Shown here: piece by piece, positions 10,801 through 23,413 of the stretch | How positions within the stretch are numbered: position 1 is the first letter of the stretch | How the letters are laid out: the number at the start of each line of letters is the position of its first letter | NCBI RefSeq assembly: GCF_009834535.1 | Contig: NC_045698.1 | Span: 3,350,001 to 3,414,000, forward strand | DNA length: 64,000 nt | From: Camelus ferus | Lineage: Eukaryota | Reading direction: 5' to 3' | Notes under the pieces: generated by a model | What the model was told of the DNA's origin: nothing | Database searches by the model: none | Seen by the model: the letters and a program-made list of their open reading frames with translations, nothing else | Program-made: the position numbers and the translations under genes

Positions 10801-13800
10801 ACGAAATCTCAAGGAGGAAGATAAAACAAACATTCATGAATATTGAAGTCCCAGGAAAAATACTAGTATTCTCTAAAATTTCACCCTCGACTATCTTCTG
10901 CCATTTTTCTACACATTCTCCAGGCAAGTTGGTTTATCTTTACTCATGGTTGCATCTGCAACTTTCAAATAATGGCACCAACATTATACAGTCCAAATCT
11001 CTCTCGCTAGGATGACATTTGGAAAATCTTCCTGAACGTCCTCTTGGTACTTCCAACTCAGCCTGAAAAATTGTAGGTTAATTCTTTCCTCCCAAATCTA
11101 TTTTTTATTCTATATTCCCCTCTAGTTACTGGCTCATTTTCTAAATACTGGCTGACAGTTAATTGTCAGAAAGCATAGCTCTTTCCCACTACCTTCCTTA
11201 TTAATCATCAAATCCATAAAGGTGCCGAGTTTCTCATAATTTGTTATGCAGTAAAAAAAAAACTAACACACTTTTCTTCTAACAGTGCAGTGCCTGATGG
11301 AGATAATGCATGGACTTGAAAAGGTCAATGTTTGCCTCAGAATTAAATGCAGGTTGTATCTACCCCAGCCTCAGTTCCTCAGGAAGGATGCCCCGTATGA
11401 CTGCAAGGAATGTTTTGAGTTACTGAAGATTCATATTATTTAAAAACAATCAAAAGATGTTAAACTGTAAATAGTCAAAAATAATGACATTCTACTCAAT
11501 TATATTAAAATAATATGTAATTTTCCATCTGAATTTTTAAATTGGATATTTGGGGGTTTGGGTTTTGGCCACCCCTAAGACCCAATAAATTAATGACTTT
11601 CCATTCTGAGCATAAGGCTATTCACAGGTTGTCAGACAATGTTGGCTTCAAAAGTCTACATCATCTCCAGCCAATTTGCTTTCACTACAGAAGCTACAAA
11701 GAGCTTGTCAAACGCCAGCATGTGTGTTAAGAGTTAAGAACCAAAGAGAAATAACATCTCTTTTAGCCTCTTACTCTAGAAATTATCTAAAATCTATGAC
11801 TCTGAGATTATTTCAATTTCTACTGCATTAAACTACTTGAATAAGAGTGTTGAACCCACAGCTTCCATAAATTTCTAACAAATAAAAATAAAACAACAAC
11901 AATTAAAAAAATACCCACGAATGAGGTTAGGTAATATCAGGAATAAAACCCCAACACACAGAAACTTCAGTAGAGGCCACCATTTAATTTCCAGCCCCGC
12001 TGAATAAATCAGTCACTTGTAAGGGCTAACTTGCAACCTCTTTTTGAAATGTGCTTTTTATGCTAATGAGGGAAGTTATGTTTGTGCAATGGGCTTGGAT
12101 CATTCACATGGGAAAATGTTTTCCTCCTTTCCACACTTACAGTTTCTTGGTCATCCTAGGTCCCCTTGAGAGTAGATCTCCTGATCTGTGAGTAATGACA
12201 CTAGAATAAAACCCGTGGGTCCATCCTGAGTGCATTCTCGTGGACGCTCGACTAATGAGGGCTGGGGACCCAGGCAGGCATTTCAGCTCTTTGAGAACAT
12301 TTCAGCAGAGCCTCCTCCCACACCTCTAGCTAAACCCACACCTGCCCCTGCCCCTCGGTGCACGCCATCCCCCCCCGCGCCTCTGACTAAGCCAGTCCCC
12401 GAGCGTTGCTCTTGAGGATGCGACGAGAGGCAACTCTTTGTGTACGACACCGAAGCCCTTGTGGTTGCCTCACGAATGCTTCTTCTGAAATGGTTCCCTG
12501 CTGGACTTCAGCTGATGTATTTCAGTCTCTGGGGAGTCGTCATTGCTGGATTTTGTGGCGAATGGGCCATCAAAGTGGAGTTGGCAGTGGTTATTCAATG
12601 CTTACAAGCCATCTGGGTTCTTGAAAAACATGCATGTAATTCAGTTTTACCTCATAGACTAGACATTCAGCCCTGCGGCCGGATATCCTTGTTCACTCCT
12701 CACTTGGCACCAAGGGACACTACCTCAGGCCTATCAAGAACGAGGTCCCATTCCTTCTCCCGGCGCACGGCTCACCTGCATGGCCAGCATAAAGAGCAAT
12801 GCACGGCCATGGGAAGGGCCGTGGCCAGAGGCCCCAGGCGCAGCAAGGGCCCTCACCGTCCCAGCACCCAGGAGACGGCAGCAGGAGGTCGGCCAGGGGC
12901 AGGGTCCCGGCCCTCTGGCAAAGGGGGATGCAGGGGAAGTGTCTGAACGGGGAGGAAGTTGCCCAGCCAAGAACAGGCCCACACACGTGTCTAGGGGCGG
13001 ACAGCGGGCACACTGCTGGGCCAATAGATGTCCCTCCTTCCCCGCAGCTCATGTGCCACTGACACGTTTTGAGCCACCATGTGTGCTGAGCCTAGAGCTA
13101 GATTCTGAAGATGCAAAGAGGATGAGAAAACCGTCCAGCCTCTGAACATTTCAGTTCCTCCAGGGAGAGAAACTAAATTCCCTGGCACGTCAGCCGCAGG
13201 AGAAAGCCGGACAAAGCTTGTCATTCAGCGCCCAGCAGGCTTCTGCTTGCGTTTGGGCAGCAGAGTCAAAGAACAATTCTTGGAAGTGACATTTGAATTA
13301 GAACTTGAATTAAGGGGGCCCCTCTCCAGGTGACAGGAGGCGGAAGGTACCCGCAGTGGAAGGCACTGCAGAAGCAAATCTGCGAGGGGCCAAGTCCGTC
13401 ACACTGGTGGCCAGCAGGGAGGAGACGGAACCTGCTGTAAAGCACCATGGCAGCCGAGAGGTCTAGGCTGTACAGACACTGCAAAGATGCGCCTTGTCTG
13501 GTGGTAACCAGCTTCAGTCCCACTTTGCATACTCTGGGGCTCACTGACACTACATTACTCCAACAGCCACACTGGGCAGAACCTCGGCTATCTGATTGTT
13601 TACAACCGCCATGCCTCATCAAATTGCCTACTTGGAATTAAGCAAAGGTGTAGTCAAAATTTCTCCAAAAAAAAAAAAAAACTGCACACAGATATCTGTG
13701 AGATTAATGAAGTGCAAGTGAATATTTAATAATTTCTCCTGCTTTGCACCATAAGAAGTAGACGTTTCTTCTTCTGCATCAGTCTAATATTACATTGACA

Positions 13801-15489
13801 AGAGCAATTATTATATTTATAAGATTTCTTCTTTCTGTGCTCAGATCGCCAGTGTTCCCAGTTTTATCTCCATTTCAGATCATTCACATAAATGGATCTG
13901 TTAAAATGCACTCTGCTCTGTTTCTTCCCATTGTTTTACACATCAATTTAAATGAGGTATGAATAAAGAGCATAGTTCTGACACTAAGGATTACATGTTT
14001 CCATCTTCTCACGTTTCCTTGGCTTAAACCAGCTCTGCATAACTGCTGCTGGTTCAGGACTCAGCTGTGCTTCCCCAGTACCAATAAATCTGAGTAAAAA
14101 TATCCAGCTAATTGGAAACTTCTTTAGGATGTCTTCTTGCTATGTTAAGAGTGTATGGTTTTCATACCAAACAGTGAACACGCTGTCAAATGTAACACAG
14201 CGTGTCCCCTGCCCAGGACAACCAGGGCTGTTTCTCTTCTGCCCTGAGCTCTGTAAACAGAGGCTGGAATGTTTACAGCAAGAACACGAGGACGTATGTG
14301 TGGTGCTCCTCACGCAAGTGTGCCTCATGCTCACCATGGTTTCAGCAGCCCACCATGTCTCCCCTGTTTTTCAGACAGGCTGCCATCTTGCTATTGTCCA
14401 TCTGAAGGAGCAGCCTCACTGTTAGTGGCCTTTAAATGCTTCTCCTGTGAGGCTGAAAGGTCCACAGCCCCAGGATGTGTAGACTGCCATCTCCTTCATT
14501 GAAACTAGAAAAGCAAACATGAAGAAATGCACGCCCTAGGAGTCACGTAAAAATGGGGACAGTGGATTAATGAATGGATGGATGAAGAAACGAACGACAT
14601 GGCCAAGGTAACTGCCTGGCTTTAGACCAGAACACATCTTGGAATCCTGAATAAGTGAGGGCACCAATATGATTACATGTCTTTTTGTTCTCTCTTATTT
14701 CCCTTTTCGAAAAGGAGTAAACACAGCAGACAGCATTCTGATGTAGTCTGCGAGTTTATTCCTCAGAGGTGAGACTTGGGGTGACTGCTGCGTTTATCAC
14801 CCCCCGTTACTAAATTATACCATATTTAATAAAACAGAGTGCTGTCGTGACTACTTCATACTTTTCAGAATGTTCCGTAACCGTTATCTCACTTTATAAA
14901 GAGACAGTCGGTTCCATGTCTTCTTCAATTAATCTTCAAGTTTTCATCTATGACATGTTCCTTTTATTATATAAAATAAAAAATTTTAGCCAGAAAAAAA
15001 GTTGTTGTTCTTTTCTGTGGAAGAGATTAAAAAAGCTCCAATTCCAATGCAAAGTTCCTTCATTAATTGTCCATAGATGTTTTCATCAGGTTTTCAGAAC
15101 CCATGCTCTCCCCATTCAGAAGCTGGACGTGGGACAGGCATGACCTCAGCAGCCGAAGTACTGCCATTGGAAACAGAGAGGAGCGAAGAGGGGAAGCCAC
15201 AGTGAAGGCGGTCTCATCAAACCTGACGGCGAGCTCATCACACCCAAGCGGCTCGTCCAGCAGAGGAAGCAAATGTGAACGGAAAACACCACAGACAAGA
15301 CGCTGGGCTGGATGGTCTCTGGGAGGAGTCAGACTTTGGGTAAAGGGCCCACAGAGACAGGCTGGGAACTGGACCCGGACAGCCCTCATTTCCTCCACGT
15401 CAGGCTCTCTTCTGAGTCGAATAGTGTGTGTGTGTGTCCGTGTGTGCACACACCCTGGAGAGAGCCTTGACTACCTGGCCAGCTTAGAT

Positions 15490-16260
15490 CATGGAAGGAA
15501 GGAATCTTAGAGCTGGAAAGGCCTGGAATCAGCTGGCGCAACCCTGTCTTCCTGCCCCCATGCAGGATTTACTCTACATTATCCCACTGACGGCCTCATG
15601 GTCTTGGCTTGGACTCACCTCCTAACAAGTGGTTCACTACCTGATGGTGGTGTTTGTGGATGCGCATTCCTTATAGCAAAGCCATGGTCTGACTCCCATC
15701 GAATTGCATTAACTTGTGCTCATCGTGACCTGAGGGACAGGGTGACCATCCCTTGTCCCCCCACCTGTTTTCAAGTCCCATATGCTGACACGGCTCCTGC
15801 TGTCAGGGCTCCTCGTGAGTGTGGCCTGGCACCCAGTCATTCCCTGCACGTCCTCTGTAGGTGCTTGGGAGACAGAAACCACACTGCTCTGGATGTGAGC
15901 ACCAGCGCTGCCCGGCACAGACACCGCTCCCCCTGCCCTGAGGTCAAAACACAAGCGTTTCCATAAATGGTCACCCAGGTATTGTCAGCTTTAATCCGGG
16001 AAAAGTACGGAGCTCTGATTGTCGGCAACCTTGTGTACAATTTTACCCATAAATTCCTAGAAACTCCTTACACAGCCAAGTTAAATTTTATCCTACCTTG
16101 GCGGTCTGCATTCCCTTGTTCTGAATTATTCTGAAGCTCAGTTCTGTCATCTGCTGTACCAACCACCCCTCCCAGTTTTGTGTGATGTGCAAATCTCCTA
16201 AGCATATGCTTTGCCTCGATCCAAACCGCTGAATGGAAGTTAACACGTGATAAAGAACAG
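15490..16260 (-). mobile_element. L3/CR1 LINE relic (RT remnant plus 3' end)
   Basis: ORF 16068..16319 RFAHHTKLGGVVGTADDRTELQN...IKFN parallels CR1 RT KFADDTKLGG...IQ.DL...MKFN; 3' end motif gaatcttagagctggaaagg near 15502. Confidence 0.85.
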
Positions 16261-18027
16261 GACACGACTGCATGTGTTTCGGTTTTCCCCTTTGATTGAC
16301 AGCAGCTAATTCGTCGCACTTTTGGAGAGGACTGCTAAGGCAGTTCTGACCTGCTGAGTGGTGATTTCGTCAAGGGCACAGGAGTACGAAGAGGACCTCC
16401 ACACCGGGCTGAAGCGGGAAGGCGGCATTTGAGACGGGTCTGAGGCGCTGATGGAATGAGCTCCTTAAATCCAAGTGCCGCCCTTCATTAACCTTTGTGT
16501 GACCAGCCCCCAGCAAAGTGGACTCGCTCAACACGAGAGGAAGCACGCTGCTCTTGGTGAGCCTCCCTGAGCCGGACCCTGGGGTCCCTGCTCCTCTCTA
16601 AACGCCCACCAGCCTGTTCATGACCTGTCTTCACTGTTGCCAGTGATCAATGTTGCAGTGATTGGCCCCTCGTCTCAGGAATTCATCCTTTCTCCAATTT
16701 TGAAATTGGAAAAACATTTGCCTCTTGCACGCATCTGGCTCCTCTCCCCCCAGTCAGTATGTATAACGCCTCTGTCAGATCTGCACACGTCTGCACACCC
16801 CCGCAGGCCCTGCGCTGAGACTTTCGTGGGGCCGACGTAGTGCACGTTCCCGGAGCAGCTGATGGCCTTCTGTCTTGCTCCCCGTCCTCGAGGGCACAGA
16901 GCCTGTCTGCTCACGCACAGCTCTGTACCGTCCAGCCCCAACGCTGCTTTCTAGCCGAAGATGACGGACCCCAACAGTGGTCAAGAGGGTCTGCCCTCTC
17001 CTTGTCCCCCTTAACATCACACATTTCCCCAAGACTCAGCCCACCCTTTCTTTGTTTTTCCTATTTGCTGTGCATATAGCAAGTGGTTCCATCTGGGGGT
17101 TGACAATGAAGTGGAGGATTTCTCAGAAAATCGAAAGTGGAAAAACTTTTCAGGGGAGTTGACTTCTTCACTCTTCTTTCTGGAGAATAAAAGTAAAAAC
17201 AATAAATACAAAAGCTGCGAATGGGTTAGGCTTGCTGTATTTTGTGAAGCTAGAATCTGGAATACAGAGGTGATGAGTATACAGATTACATCTACAAAAT
17301 CTGAGTCCATAAAAGTCTCCATAAAAGAAAAGAAAACGTCAAGTTTGTGAGGGCTAAGTATTCTGTTTGTTCCTGTGGATCATATTATTGAGAACTTATG
17401 AAAATGACACAAATTTGAATATTAATTACAATAATCATTATTCATTGAAATACAGTTCCTTGAAAGTTTCCCAGCAAAGTTGTAAAAGAGAAGCGTCAAA
17501 CACACAAGAAGAAAAATCGTGTGTGGACACGCCTCCCTCCGAGGGACCTGCGCTGGAACAGCCCCCTGCGCCAGCTCTTCCTCCAGGATCCCGGCTTGTC
17601 TGGAATCTCTTTTGGTAACTGTCCTGTTCTTCTGGCAAGCCACCTGCGGGCTCCGGCGGAAGCGAAGGAGGAGAAGTGAAACGGGTGGAGTCGATTATGC
17701 TTTTAGCATGACTTCATCATAATGCGATGCAAGCCCTTCGCTCCTGAATCCACACATTTTTTAATAGGGTGTGTGGTTGATTTATTAATGCCATTCAGGT
17801 CAAGCCATCTGAGCAATTTTTCATTTAAAACTTTAGAAAATATTCTTCTAGAAAAATCTTGCATTGGGCAGACTGATCAGGGATTGGAAACAATGATATA
17901 AATCAATCTAAAGTCAGCAATATCAGTGTGAGGCTTGTTGGTTTAAGGAAAGTGTCAGTGACCGAAAGGGAATATTCATTTTGCTTCTATTGTACCAATG
18001 TGATCTAAGTAAAAGCCAAGGTATTTT

Positions 18028-18150
18028 TATCACTTATTGTGGAATCTAAAAAAGGATGCAAATGAACTTATTTACAAAACAGACTCACAGACACAGAAAA
18101 CAAACTAATGGTTACCGAACGAGAAAGGGTGGGGAGGGATAAAGTAGGAG
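18028..18150 (+). mobile_element. Short internal L1 fragment (ORF2 end and start of 3' UTR) without poly(A)
   Basis: tatcacttattgtggaatctaaaaaa...cagactcacagacacagaaaacaaactaatggttacc...ggggagggataaa. Confidence 0.9.
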
Positions 18151-18382
18151 CCAAGACGTTTATTTTGCTTGGGATTCAAGATTTAATTACGAGACGAGGA
18201 ATTGGGCCTTTCGGTTTGTTTGCTTCAGCTCCTGGGTGCCCCTCACCACCGACCCTGAGTGTCTTGTTGGGTGACTAGGGAAGTCTGGGGAGGTGACCCT
18301 CGGGGCCCTGTCCTCTGATCACACGCCCGTTAGTGGAGTGACTGGTCCCCACCAGACCACAGCAAGTGGGAGATGGTCTAGA

Positions 18383-18545
18383 TCCGTGGGTCTGAACGTG
18401 CGGTCCCCAGACCGGTGGTGTTAGCATCACCCATAAACTGGAGTTTAGGCCGACTGAGCCACAGACTCTGGGGATGAGCCTCCACAGTCTTGTCTTAAGA
18501 AGCCTCCAGGTGGCTCTGCTCTGTGCTGAAGTGTGAGAGCCACGA
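18383..18545. mobile_element. MER5A-like hAT-Charlie relic
   Basis: gtgcggtccccagacc...agcatcacc...aagcctccaggtggctctg...tgaagtgtgagagccac. Confidence 0.75.
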
Positions 18546-21134
18546 GCTAGTCACACTCAGTGAGTGGGCTGAACCATTTGCTGGAAGCAGCTTAATTAAG
18601 ACCAATGCGGAAAACATGCATGTGAAATACCACAAGAAAAACAGAAATAGTGGGATCGGATGTTTATGTACGCCGAGGATAAAGGGTGACCAACACTTTC
18701 AATATTCAAGTCCAGAAAACAGTGTGCTACAGGTCGCATTCTGGATTGAGAGAACAAGTAGGATTCTGGAGGGAGACGAGGTCACTCGGCAGTTCATGCT
18801 CTTTTGGGCGACTCTCTATTACACAGAGCTTCAGATATGTCTCAGGGATGCCTGTGTATCATTAAGGGCCTGCTGGTCTTCTAACACAGCCCCCGTTAAC
18901 AGCTAGCTCCAGGCAACGTCACGTTCTAAGGTTTGGCCCACATGGAAGTCCACGGTAGGCAGGGCAGCGCGATCAGTAAGGGGTGTGTAAGCTGCGGTTC
19001 CGCCAGCGCAGTGGAAAGATGCTGAAGTGAGAAACTGCCCTCTGCGGCGTTCTCACCTTTCACACGTCTGTGTTCAGCTGCCAGTCAGACCCATGAAGCC
19101 ATTCCCTGTGGCAACATCACAAATAAAGGCAGAAATATTCCACTTACAAAATTAGCCATTTTTACCAGGTATTCGAGGTACATACCAAATCGCCCAGGGC
19201 CGCTCTGGGGCCACCCTGTCCTGTGGGCATGGGAGCTCTGCGAGCGGGCGGGTTCACCTCGATGGACTTCAGGCATCAGCATCTTCTCACCCTCAAGAGC
19301 TTACCAGGGGCAGTTTGTGGTATATAGTTAAAGACTACTCAAGCGAATTGACTTGTTCCCTTCCAAATGCCTGAGTGTTGAAGAAACAGACTTCCAAAGA
19401 GCAAGTGGAAAGTTAGTCTGGAAAAGACACAAGACACCACAAAGCCCCAGCGCTTTGCCTAAAATAGCCCAGGTGGTGACTAGGACCCAGGCCCTCGGGT
19501 GTTTAGGCCAGCTCGCTGTCCCGTTCTTTGTCAGCCTCTTTCAGAAGTTGATACTGAGAAGGTAGAAGAAAGTGAGACAGTGTTGACACCAGGCCTGTGG
19601 TTCCGTCGTCGGTAGTAATGAATTTCCCCTGCTCCCACGGCTCTGGGGTCTTTTATCAACTCCCACAGTGTCCTGCACTCCTCCTCTACCACACTGTGTG
19701 AGAGTGACAATTAAATATTTGTTTTTTGAATGTCCTTTCCACCAGACCACGAGGCCCAGAAAGGCCAGGATCCCACACTTCACACTCTGTCCTCCACGGC
19801 CCACACTCAGCGGGGCACCGAGTGTGTTGCAGGGACCCTGCATGTCCCTGTGGGAGCTGTGAGCGCCTAAGCAGTAATTCACACACGCGCTGACAGCGCA
19901 GCACCCGTCACACTGTAGCTCTCACAGTGCTTCTCGTGCCTGGGTCTCTTGCTCTGCTGACTCGCATTGATCGCTCACCCCTGCGGCCAGTGCGATGTTT
20001 GGTTCCGGGCGATAGCTGGCTGTTTGATTATTAAATGACTCACTCTTGGAACCTAGGAATGAGTAGATACGGCCTTTATTCTCACTTTTCACTGCTGATC
20101 GGGGACTTTTAAATGAAACATTCTATGTTCCAGTTTCCTCATCCATTGTATGGAAAGAATCATATCTGCCTTCGGCTCCCTGGGAGACTGTAAAGCTACA
20201 TGAGAAAAATGGTGAGACGGCCCTGTGGGGCCTGGGCGCAAGGGCACTAGGTGATCCTGTGGCAACGACAACAAAGCCGCGTCTCTCATTCTTCCCTTTT
20301 CTTCTGAAATGACTGTCCTACCCTCGTAGCCCAGGAAGAACCTAAAAGAAAACATCATCTTCCCTCTTCATTGATCTTATTCTCTAAACAACGTTCTCCT
20401 TTTCAGCACGTTAATGAGACCTCAGCAACAGAACACAGAAGTCAGCCCTGTAGGCTGGTCCTTCTCCAACTCCTCTTGCAGATGCTTGCAAGCCTTTAGA
20501 ATCTCCAAAACTCAGAGCAAAGATCCTAAGTCACCCACAGTTCCTTTTGCAGCCCAAACTATGATCGACCCAGAAACCCACAGAAGACGTGGTGGAGGGG
20601 CCGCGTGAAGAGCCCCACGTGTGGACCTGACGTCACCGAGAGCCCTCGCTGTGGCCGTGGGCTCCACCCCGGCGTCCAGCCCTAGCAGGAGGCGCCTCCC
20701 ACCCGGGCTAAAGTCCAGCAGGTACTAAGCTGCTGACTGTGACCCACAGCCTGGCTGCTGGGCCACCAGTCAGTAGCTGAACACAGCCACCTGTCAAGTG
20801 CCTTTCCAGCTGAGGGGGTGAAGACCAGGTTGGTAGGAAAACTGTGTCCACAGAGGCAGAAATAGAGCACGTTTCCACATTGAAGGGTGCGGAGTCTGGG
20901 GAGGGCTGGGACGGAGAAACAGTAAGGCCATATAAGCCATTTAGAAGAGCAAGGCTAGATCTTGGCCCACTTAGGAGCATCCGGGAACCCCTCGCCCATT
21001 TGCGAGCTTTGCTGCAGAGCTCTCTAATCTGAATGGCATGGTGGAACAGCGCAGCAAATACAAAGTCAGGCCTGGGACGGGGGTTCCAAAAATTCAAAGA
21101 ACTAAGACCTTCAACAGGTAAGCATTTCAGGCCT

Positions 21135-21420
21135 ACACAACTGACTCCCAGTAAGGATCCTGGACCCAAGGCTCAGCTGAGCTTGCCTGGTGTCACCACT
21201 CCACATGGGCTGTCACACGTGGCCGCTGGGGAATTAGGCACGTCCCCTGGGGGAGCTGGAAGCTTGCTCCTGGCTTCTCTGGGTGCTGCCCCACATCTCT
21301 TCTCCCTCTGCTGATTTCACTCCACATCCTGTCGCTGTAATAAACCATAAATGTGAGCACAACAGCTTTCCTGAGTCCTGTGGATCATCACACCTGAGGG
21401 TGGCCTTGGGGGCCCCCACA
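21135..21420 (+). mobile_element. MER21-like LTR, 3' half
   Basis: ccaaggctcagctgagctt.cctgg...gctgtaataaaccataaatgtgag...cctgagggtggccttgggggccccc; AATAAA present. Confidence 0.85.
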
Positions 21421-22832
21421 GAGAGAAGGAGAATTCAGCAGACGCAGGGATCAGTTTGAGGGAAGGAAACCAGGAGAAAGATGGCGTCCTGGGAGCCCTG
21501 GGGCTGCCTGTAGGGAGGACTGGGTTCCCGGGTGTGTCGATTGGCAAGTTAGACCACTTTATTTTTTATAGTAAAAGATGGGATAATATTCCTAGGACGG
21601 GTGACAGGAGTAGGAGTGACCTTATATATTCTGCTTTCCTCTCCTGTTTGTCTAGTTTCTCCTCATTCATCAATGTGAAGGGTTATTTTATCTCATTATG
21701 TTGAAAGTATTTTTTAAATCATTTCTATAAAAAGATTGAAGATAAACTGATTAATCAATTTATTAAATAACTACCTCACCAATGGCCCTTTTCACCTCAA
21801 ATCAGATTAGTGTGACAATAGAACACGTGACCAGACTTTGTTGTGTGTGGCCACCATCATGGTGCTTCCAGGAATCCAGAAAACTCCATGGAGATAGGAG
21901 GCAGTAACTCAAACTCTCACCAGTAACTTATTTATTTTCTTTTCCATTTTGAAAGTGAATTGGCGTTCTCACCCACCCAGGTGGATTTACCCACATCCTC
22001 GTCCCCCACAATCACATATTCTGTAACCAAACGGAAACGTTCTAACTCCTGAAGTGTTAGTACCCGTCGATTTGTCAACGCCGGAGGGCCTGCACCTGAC
22101 GCGCCGGGCACCGTGCCTCCCCTGGCCTGACGGGCAAGTGTAGAGCCAGTCACACACGGACTCCGTACAACCCCTGGTTCTGGAGTGGCTTTTTCCAATT
22201 TACAGCATATTTGAATGTGGTTGTACTTAATGACTCATGCCTTTGAAATCAGGCTCGTGTTTTGTTTGGTTGTTTTATAAATTGGTGACTATAAGCCGTT
22301 ATTTATATTACTTAACAACTCTGTTTCGTATGCGCCTGCCTGCTTTGTTGCTGGGCACAGTGTTTAGTCTGAGAACTCACAAGCACAAACTGTTAAACAA
22401 GATGAAAGCGGCTTCGGACCTGGCCTGGGGGTGGGAAACGCCGCACAGGGCCGCCGCATGAATGCAGCCTGTAAATGATCACAGAGAGGTTTACAGATGG
22501 CGCGCGCTCTCCCCAGCCTCCCGTCCCCTTTCTGGACACACTAAGCAAAGGGAACTCGTGATCTCCCCCGAGCTGAGCACAAGGCTTCAGTTGGTACCAG
22601 GCGAGAAGGCAGTGCCGAGTCAGCGTGGCCCCCTTGTCAGTCAGATCAGACTGTCCCCGGGGAAACACGACTGACGGTGCAAAAGCCCCAGAAAACCAAG
22701 GCAGGCTCTCCCAGACAAGATGGGCTCGCTGGCCCTTCACTTTATGTTTCAGTAGAATGCTTTCAGAAGCGCACAGGCCCCTCGGAAGCTCCCTCCCCTG
22801 CGCCAGACCAAAGGCACCCCCCCTCCACCCGG

Positions 22833-22851
22833 CAGCGCCCCCTGCAGTCAG
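22833..22851 (-). promoter_or_regulatory. Candidate CTCF motif
   Basis: Minus strand ctgactgcagggggcgctg against core CCASYAGRKGGCRS; deviations only at the 5' side. Confidence 0.4.
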
Positions 22852-22989
22852 CTCATCCTCGTTCTCCCTGTACTGGGAGATGGGAGTTTTTCAAGAATAA
22901 TTACAGCAAATTGGTGACCATTATTTCCATGTTCGGGACCATTGCCCTTGAGGTAGACAGTTACTGAACTTGGCTGACTGAACACTGAA

Positions 22990-23350
22990 CCTCAGGGCTG
23001 AATGAGCCCCAGTGAGGGTCACCAGCCCCGTCTCCGACTGTGTAACTGAGGGAACAGCGACTGCGCTCAAGCCCGGGGTCGTGAGTAGATGTGAAGCACA
23101 TCGCTTGGGAACACGTGAAGTCCTGGCCTCCCAGACCCCCACCCAGGACTCTCCCCCTCTTGCTCCGTCTGCTGCCTTACTGCAGACAAACACGACACCT
23201 TGGGGATCATGAGTCCTTCCAGGATGGGAGGAGCCTGTGTCCCAGAGTCACGGCTGGGGGACAAGCTGCCCACCCATGAGGGACACTGTTGTGGATTTTG
23301 AGTAAGAAATAAACTTCAGTACACTGGGGTCATTACTCCTGTAGCCTAAC
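22990..23350 (+). mobile_element. Old MaLR LTR (MLT1I/J-like)
   Basis: gatgggaggagcctgtgtcccagagtcac...gagtaagaaataaactt...gtagcctaac. Confidence 0.7.
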
Positions 23351-23368
23351 GTTCACGACCTGTACAAC

Positions 23369-23413
23369 TGTGTGTGTGTGTGTGTGTGTGTGCGTGTGTG
23401 TGTGTGTGTGTGT
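23369..23413. repeat. (TG)n microsatellite
   Basis: Directly visible. Confidence 0.95.

Noticed and set aside
12440..13145. Cluster of overlapping 90-170 aa ORFs
   Set aside because: GC-rich, no homology; the candidate minus-strand acceptor near 12622 is followed by stops in all frames.
14251..14278. ctgtaaaca...tgtttacag inverted repeat reminiscent of miR-30
   Set aside because: Only a 9-bp stem; far too short for a pre-miRNA.
15740..15976. 10-bp inverted repeats gggtgaccat/atggtcaccc resembling hAT-Blackjack TIRs
   Set aside because: The interior looks collinear with the L3 relic and there is no 8-bp TSD; probably coincidence.
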